A DNA stretch of 64,000 nt from a virus (IMGVR_UViG_3300043438_000518:32001-96000), one strand, 5' to 3'. Shown: positions 21,701 through 29,709, counted from the stretch's first letter. The notes: a model not told the origin generated them from the letters alone. Translations and numbers: made by a program.

Positions 21701-22077
21701 CTATAGAGTTTCAGAACAGAGCATTTAATGATTATGCTCCTAAAACTTATACCAAAGAACTTAGGACTAGATACACTAAAGATCACGAGGGTCTTGAGAT
21801 TATGCCTACAAGAACTCGCTTAGCTCAAGAAAAGAAATTCTTTAAGAAACAACTTAAAGAAATTCAAGAAGAGATAAGAGGATATAAAGCAAAAGGAGAA
21901 CCTGTACCTGCAAGTCTAGAGAATAAGTTAGTTAAACTTAGAGACTCTTACAGAAGTAGAGTAGAAGATATTAAGGAAGGAAATACAGAAGAAGGAATTT
22001 CTATTGCTTATCCTTTCATGGATATAATTGGAAACAGAAGAGGACTAGATATTACCCCTGAGCCTGAGGAAGAATAA
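15742..22077 (+). CDS. Large virion cargo protein (RNAP-associated) with ART-like and zincin modules
   Basis: 2111 aa; MFCPN N-terminus; YH...GFY...YVVFEPEQI ART-PolyVal-like module; HEFGH at 17191-17205; hydrophobic helices near the C-terminus. Confidence 0.7.
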   Translation: MFCPNLSDPTIKAQFESLQSIVPEYAYYLWDKYQGDVPAKYYNLSTAFIRDGVSELFESNPELVNIGTPQQYSQYLDSIFPGSKVKDILYHSRFTIDNIKNKDRWKNGFYSGTRDQADLMAEMAEDGSNDLMTTVALLINMQNPKVTDFVDRKVENYKNTNDGFIIEATQEDALQLIGDRDGYNPENFKKEYVVFEPEQIHILGNKQDIDGFKKFVATSTMPISMPTTMFSRKDAKFVSDRFIRLERQYDFLKESQMDPEYWKLNSIADKKQYVAKKQFDTVVKAIEGRESVRVADNKIYLSSTKTVKGGKVLYGYAAGLASDINKMYPLVTDASPAYAREDSNGEVYVEFDLSGRYATLLVEGVEFLEEESMRAEIELMDIHDAIRREKAAIMEKLESANEVVIDGEVYAYTGSMFQKGFALTQALKDPQIKNYTKLLNRLVSKFPGVTWKWNTEIPEVAKVNLATGQIEINPTLIQEDTPWHEFGHFVVRGIRESNPELFEQLKKEVETLHNETPNSSSYSHVEASYPEYLGTDSFWEEVIVTELGRQAARKENRSLFDKVLDWFKSLIKDLGGRSTEQLAMSSLVDSLVDPSVAFETEFNEEAVSDYMFQRIVPAEEVDALTSYVKISPNDPFVFQDYAEKVQVIANAISETEFKKILDTNKYLGLGSESLQRALAAIKEVKNIVTKEDVAASVLELADYLQYNALYLTGVVRHLNNILEDPTIPSGKKLGDLHRGYKQALAIEKHVKKIEALFTTRALDEMMRSEVQKDAFLKNLSWMRTAIATIKNGHNNKIVDPVITELADTFKAQSKDIEDSFNRDIEKLKSRTQTATITKRIKELEKEKQDSLLTPENIKKFLADTNSPWYLAIDSAMGTKNPGVQLIANYIRSINNEFQENLKPIASEWQDLMDDVAASEGGFIGSALDTKKFFEPFIRETVLYEIIDGQLVKDKKVLSLNTEVKTVELGNRITELKHTIDFGATEEIREQAEEDLKKFYEEYTERPFTDDYYEIQKLLPDDIKFKRNQIYQELAAIREEFGTGIIEDEILERLRDKEQELYELERLYTEDGTLKEGKPLEDALAIQAWKEGKRSANVVSFVLTSDSKAVFERMLVDKKAQLAKSLAAAKTTQQRDDAHKAYNNWASIYTRTVYTQEFYDTRKDILDEIQRLLSDRGSLSDMYSELFNLLLGTRDTNGVYNPVSITDKQVKKAKEVEEQIEEIKALLKQDSPLSDAVKGRLGELIQDLQALQSNVNSEYYTNAVDNQLKAIRTRVFTEHTDWDVDSVERETNIRFKNSDWYKNNHITKYRYDPEIRGVVAVQEPIFMWRVTRPNDPKYIETDAPSSLWYKSVVSPKYKNDNYKPGEVTFKSVTGGPYYNSAYNNLSNNQKALLGRMRELHYRSQEGLYQKDKLGDLIPGMRKTRGEFIDLVKLKANTIKQFFKGIKNWFTGDREAFSEEEDIYGDAYQTDAFGDPVVRESRRLFNRYARTLPIEEQSYDIMTSMASYATSSERFKVMRKYQSTVLTMEEVFNQGKSESLSSKVIRDLVDRELYGKVLEDKNDSKLLRRTNSIISGVSSLAGFKTLGFSLLTLPQNWINGYLKIFSQLGFYHITAKDMAKAFGDTLGVSKEFYSTYNQFGNKSYRVSLVDYFTGTQSMANQASEINNKGLVKYGKAWKAISTLRDFTEFDISAVTTYAFLNKYRVPLKGSTTTIPLKDAFELVNGVIQPKNNVDVDPNFIQQVRMNIQLANERAQGIYSVEAQPTAMKNAWFRSLMFLKKWVIPDLKTTWGSDTVHYGAGIRTIGSHQAAMRFIRDVVLLDKGNFVRTWSTSSEVQQAGLKQFAVSLGTYTVLANLIIQMSLAMDCEEDSEADWKDYVCLGLKRTTNEAEGVFTLWGMNEMKFTYISEQANGVSIFEKIGWAALGPFSVWKKFWTDEDLWTSDPYYRYKSNSNQVDWDKTHPMQAGQIGLAVLGMEFLGLRGSFIGPKSIEFQNRAFNDYAPKTYTKELRTRYTKDHEGLEIMPTRTRLAQEKKFFKKQLKEIQEEIRGYKAKGEPVPASLENKLVKLRDSYRSRVEDIKEGNTEEGISIAYPFMDIIGNRRGLDITPEPEEE

Positions 22078-22078
22078 C

Positions 22079-22108
22079 TTGACTTTATTTTTAATTAAAG
22101 TATTTTTG
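22079..22108 (+). promoter_or_regulatory. Bacteroidota sigma-A-type promoter
   Basis: TTG-N19-TATTTTTG; near-identical to the element at 62757-62786. Confidence 0.65.
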
Positions 22109-22154
22109 TTATACGGACTAAGGTCGGACTTAACAGTCGTAAAGATAAATATTT

Positions 22155-22493
22155 ATGGAAACACATGACATTCTCAGAGAGCAATCAAAGAAACTTCGTC
22201 ACATCGAAGGTCAACTTTGTTGCATCAACGCTAGCGTAACTGCGGAAGCAGGTATGAACGGCAGTAAAGTAATCTCAGGCACATCACCAGTTACAGGTAC
22301 TTTTCAGTACTTTGTTGTTAACGCATCAGCTGTAGTTAGTGCTATCTTGGATCAGAACGCAGCTAGTCTTATGACAAGCTTAGGTCTTTCAGGAGTTACT
22401 TTGGCACCAGGAATGAAGATTAGCGTAGCTAAAGGAACAACTATCTCTTCTATAACACTTGCTTCAGGATCTATTATTGCTTACAACGCTTAA
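22155..22493 (+). CDS. Hypothetical small beta-rich protein, possibly structural
   Basis: 112 aa, S/T/V/A-rich, ends SITLASGSIIAYNA. Confidence 0.5.
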   Translation: METHDILREQSKKLRHIEGQLCCINASVTAEAGMNGSKVISGTSPVTGTFQYFVVNASAVVSAILDQNAASLMTSLGLSGVTLAPGMKISVAKGTTISSITLASGSIIAYNA

Positions 22494-22496
22494 TTG

Positions 22497-22922
22497 ATGA
22501 AGACCCTTTTAGTAACTATCACCACAGTATGTGCCTTTTTGGGCACATATTTTTTAAATCTAACTGCAGATAACGCAGAACAATACTTAGCGATTGTTGC
22601 TGTTGTATTTGTAGATGGATTTTTTGGTGTATGGGCAGGTACTAAGAAGATTGGTTTTCAAACAAGAAAAGCAGTTAAAGTACTTCAGACTTTGTTTGCT
22701 TGGGTAATGATTCTTTCTGCTATCTTAATGGTAGAGAAAGGATTTGATGGTACGTTCTGGCTTTCAGAAACTTTCTGTGCTCCTTTTATTGTTTTCCAAC
22801 TTATTAGTGCTCTTAAAAATGCTAACACAGTAGGAGTAATAAACAACAGTGTACTATCTCAGATCTTAGCAAAGATAGATCAACATAAATTTAACCACGA
22901 TAATGAAAAACCTCTCGATTAA
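22497..22922 (+). CDS. Holin (phage holin family 4-like)
   Basis: 3-4 transmembrane segments, VFVDGFFGV and ISALKN motifs, charged C-terminus; ATG at 22497. Confidence 0.7.
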   Translation: MKTLLVTITTVCAFLGTYFLNLTADNAEQYLAIVAVVFVDGFFGVWAGTKKIGFQTRKAVKVLQTLFAWVMILSAILMVEKGFDGTFWLSETFCAPFIVFQLISALKNANTVGVINNSVLSQILAKIDQHKFNHDNEKPLD

Positions 22923-23220
22923 ACTTAATATTATCTTTTTCTTCATCATTGCTTACTTACTTTTTAAGTATGAGTATGTACAGGAACAAGATACTAACCA
23001 AGTAATATCTTTTATTGATTCTATAGATAAACAAAACGATACCTACTTTGAAAAGATTGACTCTCTAGAACATATAAAGCACGAAGAGTATTTCCGTTAC
23101 GAACAAATCACCCTAAAGTATGACACAATTCAGATTGCTATTGACACTATGCCTGATATTGACGGCACAAAATTCTTACTCACAATCAGTAGACAGCTTA
23201 CCCTTAAAGGAGTTGAATGA
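22903..23220 (+). CDS. Putative i-spanin-like membrane protein
   Basis: N-terminal transmembrane helix plus coiled coil; follows the holin and overlaps the next gene. Confidence 0.45.
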   Translation: MKNLSIKLNIIFFFIIAYLLFKYEYVQEQDTNQVISFIDSIDKQNDTYFEKIDSLEHIKHEEYFRYEQITLKYDTIQIAIDTMPDIDGTKFLLTISRQLTLKGVE

Positions 23221-23479
23221 TGAGTTCCTAAAAGGAATTCAAGCACGTGAGAGAGTAGTAAGTCTTAAGAAGATTATCAAGACAGATAGCGTTCAGTTAT
23301 CCTTGTATAAAGATTCTATTATCCCTAACTATAAAAAGGCTTTAGATACCGCTAAAGTAGAGATAGTTCGCTTAGATACTAAAGTTAGGTCTCAAGCAGA
23401 AACAATTAAAACTTTAAAGAACGTTTTGAAAGGCGGGTTATTTGCTATAGCTTTGTTAACCATAGGGTTAATACTTTAA
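23120..23479 (+). CDS. Putative spanin partner (signal peptide, coiled coil, C-terminal hydrophobic helix)
   Basis: Overlaps the previous ORF by 101 nt in a different frame, a spanin-like arrangement. Confidence 0.4.
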   Translation: MTQFRLLLTLCLILTAQNSYSQSVDSLPLKELNDEFLKGIQARERVVSLKKIIKTDSVQLSLYKDSIIPNYKKALDTAKVEIVRLDTKVRSQAETIKTLKNVLKGGLFAIALLTIGLIL

Positions 23480-23490
23480 CCTACCAGCCT

Positions 23491-24810
23491 ATGATGCCAA
23501 TCTCAAAACAGATTATCCAACACTACATGGATAATCCAAATACGGATGAGTCAGCTTTAGAAGTTGCTATTCGTTTCAACTACCAACCAGAAGTATATAA
23601 TGAACTAAGAGCTAAGCGAGTTCGTGACTTAAAAAGAACTGCTATGTATAAGTTGGGTGCAGATAAACCTTTAACGCCTAACGATCAACCTACACAAATT
23701 ACAGGAACTTATGATGAGAATCTAGATAAAGGTACCCTTGAGGTATCTAAACTAGTTTCTACTCAGCCTAGATCTTCTGAAGAAATCATCGAAATCCACA
23801 AAATAGATAGATCTAAGTGGAGATTAGTACAATATTGGAGTAAAGAAAAACAATCAGGTTGGCTAGTGTCAGCCTTATTTGCTTCTATAAAGCCTGAGGA
23901 TACTTTTCCTCAAGACATAGAGAACGTTCTCAGAGAGGTTTTTCTAGAATCTAATATAACTCCGTACCCAACACCTAGAAAGTCTCCTATAGCGTCTAAG
24001 AGAGGCTTATTCGTCTACATGAGTGACAAACACGTAGGTGCTCTTACTCATCCTAACTCTATTTTCAACAATCAGTACAACGAAGATGTCTTCGAAGTAC
24101 GTATGATGAGAGTATTAGAAGAGATAGAGAAGCAAGTAAAGACCTATGGAAGGTTAGAAGATCTTTTTATTTGTGATTTAGGAGATTCATTAGATGGTTG
24201 GAATGGTCATACTACTAGAGGAGGACATGCACTTCCCCAGAACATGAACAATAAGGAGTCTTTTATGACTTATCTTTATGCTCATAAGCGATTCTTTGAT
24301 CTTTTAGTAGAAAAAAACCTAGCTAATAACATTCATGCTATTATGCAGACAGAAGATAACCACTCAGGTTCTTTTGGCTACATAACTAACCAAGCACTAA
24401 CTCTTTATTTAAATACGGCTTATCCTTTTATCAAAGTAACGATAATGGAGAAGTTCTTAGAACATTTTGACTATGGAAAACATACATTTATTTTTACTCA
24501 TGGAAAAGACTCTGAGGATCTTAAGCATGGTCTTCCCCTTTTCTTAACTGAGAAAGCAGAAAATTTCCTTAACAAGTATATAGATCACCACAATTTAGGA
24601 GAGAATAAAAACATCTCAATAGTAAAAGGTGACCTACATACAGAGAGCATGCAGCAAGTTTACAAGTTTAGATATAGGAATGTATTGTCTATGTACGGCT
24701 CTTCTAAGTGGATAATGAATAACTTTGGTCCTGGTTATCCAGGAGTTTCGTTTGATTTAGTAGAAAAAGATACGGATTTAATATATTCGTTTTATATTCG
24801 CTTTAAATAA
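23491..24810 (+). CDS. Calcineurin-like metallophosphoesterase
   Basis: Motifs SDKHVG, GDSLDG, DNH, THG and GDLH in the expected order. Confidence 0.8.
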   Translation: MMPISKQIIQHYMDNPNTDESALEVAIRFNYQPEVYNELRAKRVRDLKRTAMYKLGADKPLTPNDQPTQITGTYDENLDKGTLEVSKLVSTQPRSSEEIIEIHKIDRSKWRLVQYWSKEKQSGWLVSALFASIKPEDTFPQDIENVLREVFLESNITPYPTPRKSPIASKRGLFVYMSDKHVGALTHPNSIFNNQYNEDVFEVRMMRVLEEIEKQVKTYGRLEDLFICDLGDSLDGWNGHTTRGGHALPQNMNNKESFMTYLYAHKRFFDLLVEKNLANNIHAIMQTEDNHSGSFGYITNQALTLYLNTAYPFIKVTIMEKFLEHFDYGKHTFIFTHGKDSEDLKHGLPLFLTEKAENFLNKYIDHHNLGENKNISIVKGDLHTESMQQVYKFRYRNVLSMYGSSKWIMNNFGPGYPGVSFDLVEKDTDLIYSFYIRFK

Positions 24811-24817
24811 AATTAAG

Positions 24818-25048
24818 ATGATTAAGATAGCAGATATAGATAAACTTATAAACCAGTTCTATTTAGACTCAGAGAAGGATGGGTTAGCAGTAAGACCTAA
24901 TGTGGTACTGCTTACAGAGGATCAGTTTGAGGATCTATTAAAAGAAATGGGAGTAGAGGAAGAAGACGATGTTGTGATAGAAAGTATACTAGGATTAGAT
25001 GTCGTCATAGCAAACGGGATAGAACATCCAAGAGTAATAAGATTATAA
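24818..25048 (+). CDS. Hypothetical acidic protein
   Basis: 76-aa ORF, last gene of the + strand block. Confidence 0.55.
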   Translation: MIKIADIDKLINQFYLDSEKDGLAVRPNVVLLTEDQFEDLLKEMGVEEEDDVVIESILGLDVVIANGIEHPRVIRL

Positions 25049-25080
25049 AAAAAGGGGCCCTATTAAGAGCCCCTTTTCTT
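25047..25080. terminator. Bidirectional intrinsic terminator at the convergence of the two gene blocks
   Basis: AAAAGGGGC...GCCCCTTTT stem with A and T tracts on both sides. Confidence 0.8.
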
Positions 25081-25134
25081 TTGGTTGGTAAACTAAATAA
25101 CTAAAAACTAAAACTAAATAAACTAAAACTATGA

Positions 25135-25479
25135 TTACATCGCTTGTGGTCCTCCTGTAGCAGCTAAGAAAGCAAGAACTTCTTCTTTTACTTTCAGCTC
25201 TACTACGATTGGCTCACTTGTGATTTCAAATTTAGTGATTTTTACTGGAACTTTTTGCTTAGTTGCAGGATCAATTTTGTATTGATAGTCTACAGGGTTA
25301 AGTTTATCAGCGTTACCTTCTAAGACAACGGCTAAACCATTCTCTGTAGGGTAAGTCATAAGAACCTTGTGGATGTTAAAAGAGAAACCTTTCTTGATGA
25401 TCAATTCCATCTCTTCACCGTTCTCTACTTTTTCTTTTTCTGTGTAATAGAATAACATATTTGTCTTTTTAATTACCAA
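25135..25479 (-). CDS. Hypothetical protein (true start probably MLFYYT at ~25458)
   Basis: ORF track; co-oriented with the operon. Confidence 0.6.
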   Translation of the reverse strand: MVIKKTNMLFYYTEKEKVENGEEMELIIKKGFSFNIHKVLMTYPTENGLAVVLEGNADKLNPVDYQYKIDPATKQKVPVKITKFEITSEPIVVELKVKEEVLAFLAATGGPQAM

Positions 25480-25754
25480 ACGATAGCAATGTCTCGATCA
25501 CTTACCATGATCTTTTCTTCTCCTTCTACTTCAACTAACTCTGCTGATTGAAGGTACATGATGTTTACATAAACGAAGTCTCCTACTTTTACGTTGGTTA
25601 CTTCTTCTCCGAGAGCGTATACTTCTAAACGCTTAAGGTTAGCCAACTCTTTCATGTTCAACTCTTCTTCCATCTCTGGTGTAAGTTGAATGAGTCTTTC
25701 TTCTCTCTTAGGACGGTTGAGTAATACTCGGTGTCCTTTTACTGTGATTGCCAT
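25473..25754 (-). CDS. groES: GroES-like co-chaperonin
   Basis: 93 aa; GHRVLL, VKVGDFV and DRDIAIV pattern of the Cpn10 fold. Confidence 0.7.
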   Translation of the reverse strand: MAITVKGHRVLLNRPKREERLIQLTPEMEEELNMKELANLKRLEVYALGEEVTNVKVGDFVYVNIMYLQSAELVEVEGEEKIMVSDRDIAIVW

Positions 25755-25760
25755 ATTGTT

Positions 25761-26201
25761 TTAATTTGTTTTTGCTTTGATTACATCTAGACCTGCTGCT
25801 ATTAATAGTTCTAATCCTGTTCTATCTCTATAATCTTCTAGATATACAAATGTAGTGATTCCACTTTGAATAATCAACTTAGCACAATGCACACAGCATG
25901 CATGAGTACAGTACATAACGGCTCCTTCTGTACTGATAGGACTCTTGCATGCTTTAGTAATTGCATTGGATTCTGAGTGGAGTACGTATTCAAAGGTTGT
26001 ATCATTCTCTTCACATACATTTGGAAACCCTGAAGGAGTTCCATTATACCCAAAAGAGATAATGTTTCCGTTCTTTACGATTAAAGATCCTACCTGGAGT
26101 CTCTTACAGTAAGATTCTTGAGCGATTCTTACAGCTAAATCTAAGTAAAGTTCAGACTTATCAGTCTTAGGCATGTTATATATGATAGGTATTTTATACA
26201 T
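25761..26201 (-). CDS. dCMP deaminase
   Basis: GYNGTPSG, HSE and CxxC zinc-site motifs. Confidence 0.9.
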   Translation of the reverse strand: MYKIPIIYNMPKTDKSELYLDLAVRIAQESYCKRLQVGSLIVKNGNIISFGYNGTPSGFPNVCEENDTTFEYVLHSESNAITKACKSPISTEGAVMYCTHACCVHCAKLIIQSGITTFVYLEDYRDRTGLELLIAAGLDVIKAKTN

Positions 26202-26652
26202 TATTGTTTATTAAAAATTGTTCAGGTGGTACAAATCTACAAAGTTCTCTTGGTATTCTGTAGAAATAATCTTCTCCAGATCTTTCTCTCGTATTAATAT
26301 ATAACCTCTCTAAGTACTCTTTTTTAAAAATCTTATCAGATCTTACAATTAGAGCTGCATATGTTTTACTGCTTATAATTATATAAAAGAACAAATGATC
26401 TTTACTAAATTTTTTCTTTCTATCTAAAAAAGAAACAGTAGAATATGGAAAACTATTCATATCAGTAAAAGCGGTATTTTTCATTTCTACTTCAAAGAAG
26501 TATCTTTTACCGTCTTTGTAGGCTACAATGTCTATGTTGTAATCTTCTTCCTCCTTTGGCTCAATTGTATAACCATGACTTTCTAAGAAGGAACATGTAA
26601 GTTTCCTTCCTAGAGCGTCATATCGGTCATATTGATCTTTTACAAATTTCAA
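26194..26652 (-). CDS. PD-(D/E)xK family nuclease
   Basis: IDIVAYK...FFEVEMK motif. Confidence 0.6.
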   Translation of the reverse strand: MKFVKDQYDRYDALGRKLTCSFLESHGYTIEPKEEEDYNIDIVAYKDGKRYFFEVEMKNTAFTDMNSFPYSTVSFLDRKKKFSKDHLFFYIIISSKTYAALIVRSDKIFKKEYLERLYINTRERSGEDYFYRIPRELCRFVPPEQFLINNNV

Positions 26653-26654
26653 AA

Positions 26655-27113
26655 CTATCTTAAACTGAGTTCAAATCTAAAGATTTCTTTTGGAATATCT
26701 ACAACTACGTCTTTAAAATTTATATCACGATGTAAAAGAGATTTATAATCTTTGGACATGTCATTAAACCTACCTTGCTTAAACAATTCAATGTCTCTAT
26801 GATATAAAGAACTAGGTCTAAAGACATACATAACCATGTTATCTACTTCATAATAGTCGTAGAAAGAGTCAAATCCTGTAATTTTAGTTTCAAACATCTC
26901 AAAAGCATCTTTGTCTGTAGGCTTAAACAAAAAGAACAAACAGTTAGTGTACTTACTTTTATACCCGTAATCATCTATGTAAACATTAACTAACCCAAAG
27001 TTAGCAAGTAAACGAGCAGCATTAGCCCCTGATGTAAATATCATGGGGCTAAGAAACTTGGTGGTATTGTTTGTAGTATCTGAGTACACTTTACACAATT
27101 CTAAGTCCGTCAT
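26655..27113 (-). CDS. Hypothetical protein
   Basis: 152-aa ORF in the replication operon. Confidence 0.6.
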   Translation of the reverse strand: MTDLELCKVYSDTTNNTTKFLSPMIFTSGANAARLLANFGLVNVYIDDYGYKSKYTNCLFFLFKPTDKDAFEMFETKITGFDSFYDYYEVDNMVMYVFRPSSLYHRDIELFKQGRFNDMSKDYKSLLHRDINFKDVVVDIPKEIFRFELSLR

Positions 27114-28059
27114 TCCAGTAGTCCTCCATTGTATATGCCCACATATCGTTTTCTGAGTGCCATTTTAAGCGTTGAATTGCTTGGTGGAACCCTTCATACT
27201 CCTTACCTAAGTAAGTGCCTCCCATCTTTCCTAAATCCATTAGCTTGTCTGACATCTCATAGATCAAAGGACTACCTGGATACTTCTGACTTTCTACGAT
27301 AAATCTAAAGTTATGTATAGTCAAGTTCTCTCCGTAGATACTTAGGTCTGTCTGCTTAAGAGCTTCTGTGTAGAAAGCTGCTTGGAAATCATATCTGTGC
27401 TTAAGCAACATCTCTACCCAATAGTTTAAAGAAGTTGTGGTTGTTTTAAGGTCAATAGGATATAAGATGTTGTTCACTGTGTCAACTACCACTAAATCCA
27501 AAAGACCCTTACAAGCAATTCCTTCGTATTCAAACTGAAGAGACTGTTGGGTAAATACTTTAAACTGTGAATTCCCTACTACGTACTTAGAAGTAAAGGA
27601 ACTCATCTTAAGAGTGTTGGCTACGTTCTGAATGGTTGCATACTGAATAGGACTTACTACTTTCTTTCCTTCTCCAGCAATCAAGTCATCATAATAGGCT
27701 TTACCCTCTTTCTCGAATCTCTCTCTCACCTTAGCAAGAGTATCACGCTTAAATCCTGCTAATTCGTAGGCTATGTTTTCTGCCATAGTATCATTACGAT
27801 TAGCAAATAGATGCCATACAAAGTCTCCCATCTGTCCTGTAGGTCTTTCTACAGTACTAAAATAGAATTGCTCCATGAAAACATCCTCTCCTTGAGTTAA
27901 TAATAAATCTACTCCGTCACCTATAACTGTTACTTCTGCTGGTTCATCCATGTCAGAATTAGGATCGTAGTTAATATAAAGATTAGGGTGTAAAAGTATT
28001 TTCTTTAGCCTACTCTGGCTTTGTGCTGTGTTGGATAAATAATCCTCGTCTAAAATCAT
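27091..28059 (-). CDS. PD-(D/E)xK exonuclease (RecE/exonuclease VIII-like)
   Basis: SQSRLK, KGLLD...IDLKTT and YDFQAAFY motifs. Confidence 0.8.
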   Translation of the reverse strand: MILDEDYLSNTAQSQSRLKKILLHPNLYINYDPNSDMDEPAEVTVIGDGVDLLLTQGEDVFMEQFYFSTVERPTGQMGDFVWHLFANRNDTMAENIAYELAGFKRDTLAKVRERFEKEGKAYYDDLIAGEGKKVVSPIQYATIQNVANTLKMSSFTSKYVVGNSQFKVFTQQSLQFEYEGIACKGLLDLVVVDTVNNILYPIDLKTTTTSLNYWVEMLLKHRYDFQAAFYTEALKQTDLSIYGENLTIHNFRFIVESQKYPGSPLIYEMSDKLMDLGKMGGTYLGKEYEGFHQAIQRLKWHSENDMWAYTMEDYWNDGLRIV

Positions 28060-28232
28060 TGCTTCGTAAATTTAATAGTTAGTGTAAACCATAAGAACCC
28101 TAAATGAATACTAAACCTCTCTCTAGAGTTAGTGCGACTAAAAGTTAATATGGGTAAAGGATAGAAGAACCAATAAGGATAATTCCTTTGGCCTTTGGTT
28201 AGTTTGGAAAAGTTACTTACTTGGATCTTCAT
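28056..28232 (-). CDS. Small hypothetical protein (58 aa, not in the ORF track)
   Basis: MKIQVSNFSK...LGFLWFTLTIKFTKQ; its TGA overlaps the next ATG and it fills the gap exactly. Confidence 0.55.
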   Translation of the reverse strand: MKIQVSNFSKLTKGQRNYPYWFFYPLPILTFSRTNSRERFSIHLGFLWFTLTIKFTKQ

Positions 28233-28572
28233 GGGTCAAATCATTAAACTCAGGCTTCTCCCTTAAGATATAGGCAATAAACATAGCATTACATTGTATG
28301 TGTCCTATATGGTGGATAAGAGATTCTTTGTCGTGAGACTCTCCTGATAACAAACTAAAAGTATGTCTCAACATACTCTCTAATACTTCGCTAGCTGGCA
28401 TTCCTTTCTTCCAATTATCTTTAGCGTATTTCTTAGCTCCGAACTCTAGTACTTCTACCATAGGTTCTAAAGACTTAAAATCTACTAAAGACCACTGAGC
28501 CTTACCTTTGTTGTAGCGTAGTGCTTGACTACCCTCATTATAGTCTTCCATAGCAGGAAAATCGTTAGCCAT
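28213..28572 (-). CDS. dATP/dGTP diphosphohydrolase domain protein (DUF5664-like)
   Basis: GAKKYAKDNWKKG...RH...DKES..HH.GH..CN pattern. Confidence 0.8.
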   Translation of the reverse strand: MANDFPAMEDYNEGSQALRYNKGKAQWSLVDFKSLEPMVEVLEFGAKKYAKDNWKKGMPASEVLESMLRHTFSLLSGESHDKESLIHHIGHIQCNAMFIAYILREKPEFNDLTHEDPSK

Positions 28573-28574
28573 AG

Positions 28575-28847
28575 TTAACGTTTTAAAGCACCTGTAGTAG
28601 TTTTAGAAATAGGATAAGCAGGAACTACTGTAAGAACAACTCTTCCAAATTTCATAGGAAGAACATTAGTTACAATAGACATTACTTCATTACAGTTTAC
28701 TATAGTTCCTAATTGGATAGTTTGACTGTACTCATCTCCATAGTAAGTGACCATGTTTTCTCCATAAGCGTAGGAGTGTGCGACATCAGGGGAGCCAACA
28801 GCTTCCACTTTGTCTGATTCTGTGCGGGGTTCTATAATATATAACAT
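28575..28847 (-). CDS. Hypothetical protein
   Basis: 90-aa ORF, tightly packed in the operon. Confidence 0.55.
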   Translation of the reverse strand: MLYIIEPRTESDKVEAVGSPDVAHSYAYGENMVTYYGDEYSQTIQLGTIVNCNEVMSIVTNVLPMKFGRVVLTVVPAYPISKTTTGALKR

Positions 28848-28852
28848 AATTT

Positions 28853-29290
28853 TTAGTCTAGTTCTGGTACTTCCACTCCCAGGATTTCTCTTGCAAATAA
28901 AATCACATCTTGTATAAACTTATGTACTTCGTCCTTCTTACCGTTAGATAACGATAGAGGAGTTTTAATAAACTGTCCTTGGAACATAGTCTCTTCGTAG
29001 AAGTACTTGTCTTTAAGGAATGTTACTACGTCCTCTTTGCTATATACTTCGCCTGTAAGCGACTCAAAGCCTGCTTTTACTATAGGTACTAGGGTACTAT
29101 AGAAATAAGCTAACTGAGGGTTTGTTTTCTTAGAATCTATTCTAGTAATACAAACTTCTACATCTATACTCGGATCTTGTTTCATAAGTTCTTTAAAGTA
29201 TGATTGCATTAACTCTTTATCTCCCTTAAGATAAACGTTACCATCTATATTAAGGGAGAGAGTTGCAGGTATGTAAACTCTATTTATCAT
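28853..29290 (-). CDS. NinB-like/hypothetical protein
   Basis: KTNPQLAYF...FIQDV...LGVEVP pattern reminiscent of NinB/DUF1367. Confidence 0.45.
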   Translation of the reverse strand: MINRVYIPATLSLNIDGNVYLKGDKELMQSYFKELMKQDPSIDVEVCITRIDSKKTNPQLAYFYSTLVPIVKAGFESLTGEVYSKEDVVTFLKDKYFYEETMFQGQFIKTPLSLSNGKKDEVHKFIQDVILFAREILGVEVPELD

Positions 29291-29540
29291 TAGTTCTCTT
29301 TTCTATTTCTTCCAAAAGCAAAAATGCCAACTCTTCGTCTTCTTCTATCTGGTTACTTACGTTTCTCTTCTGCAAATATCCGTCTAAAATTTTAATAAAG
29401 TAAGCATTTTTTGCTTTTGCTTCGTTAATTGCTTTCCGTAAATCGTCATTAACAAACTCACGGATAAACTGATACTGTGTGTTAACTGCTCTAGCAAGAA
29501 GATAAGTTCTTCTTACTTCTTTTAATTGTTCATCTGTCAT
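29280..29540 (-). CDS. Hypothetical protein
   Basis: 86-aa ORF. Confidence 0.55.
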   Translation of the reverse strand: MTDEQLKEVRRTYLLARAVNTQYQFIREFVNDDLRKAINEAKAKNAYFIKILDGYLQKRNVSNQIEEDEELAFLLLEEIEKRTNDK

Positions 29541-29560
29541 TACACTACTGCTATCATAGT

Positions 29561-29707
29561 TTATTTTTTCTTAAGAGATTTAATAATCATTCTAATCTGT
29601 TGACCTTCAAGTCTCAATTTATGAATTTTTTTATCTATGGTAACCAATCTTTGGTGTAAATACTCTGGGGTTAACTCTCTTAGTTTTAAAATTTCTTCTT
29701 GTTTCAT
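29561..29707 (-). CDS. Small coiled-coil protein (48 aa, not in the ORF track)
   Basis: MKQEEILKLRELTPEYLHQRL...SLKKK; starts 2 nt after the polymerase stop codon. Confidence 0.5.
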   Translation of the reverse strand: MKQEEILKLRELTPEYLHQRLVTIDKKIHKLRLEGQQIRMIIKSLKKK

Positions 29708-29709
29708 AA

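Noticed and set aside
25081-25133. CRISPR array or mini-array
   Set aside because: Units are 5-7 nt, low-complexity and lack spacers.
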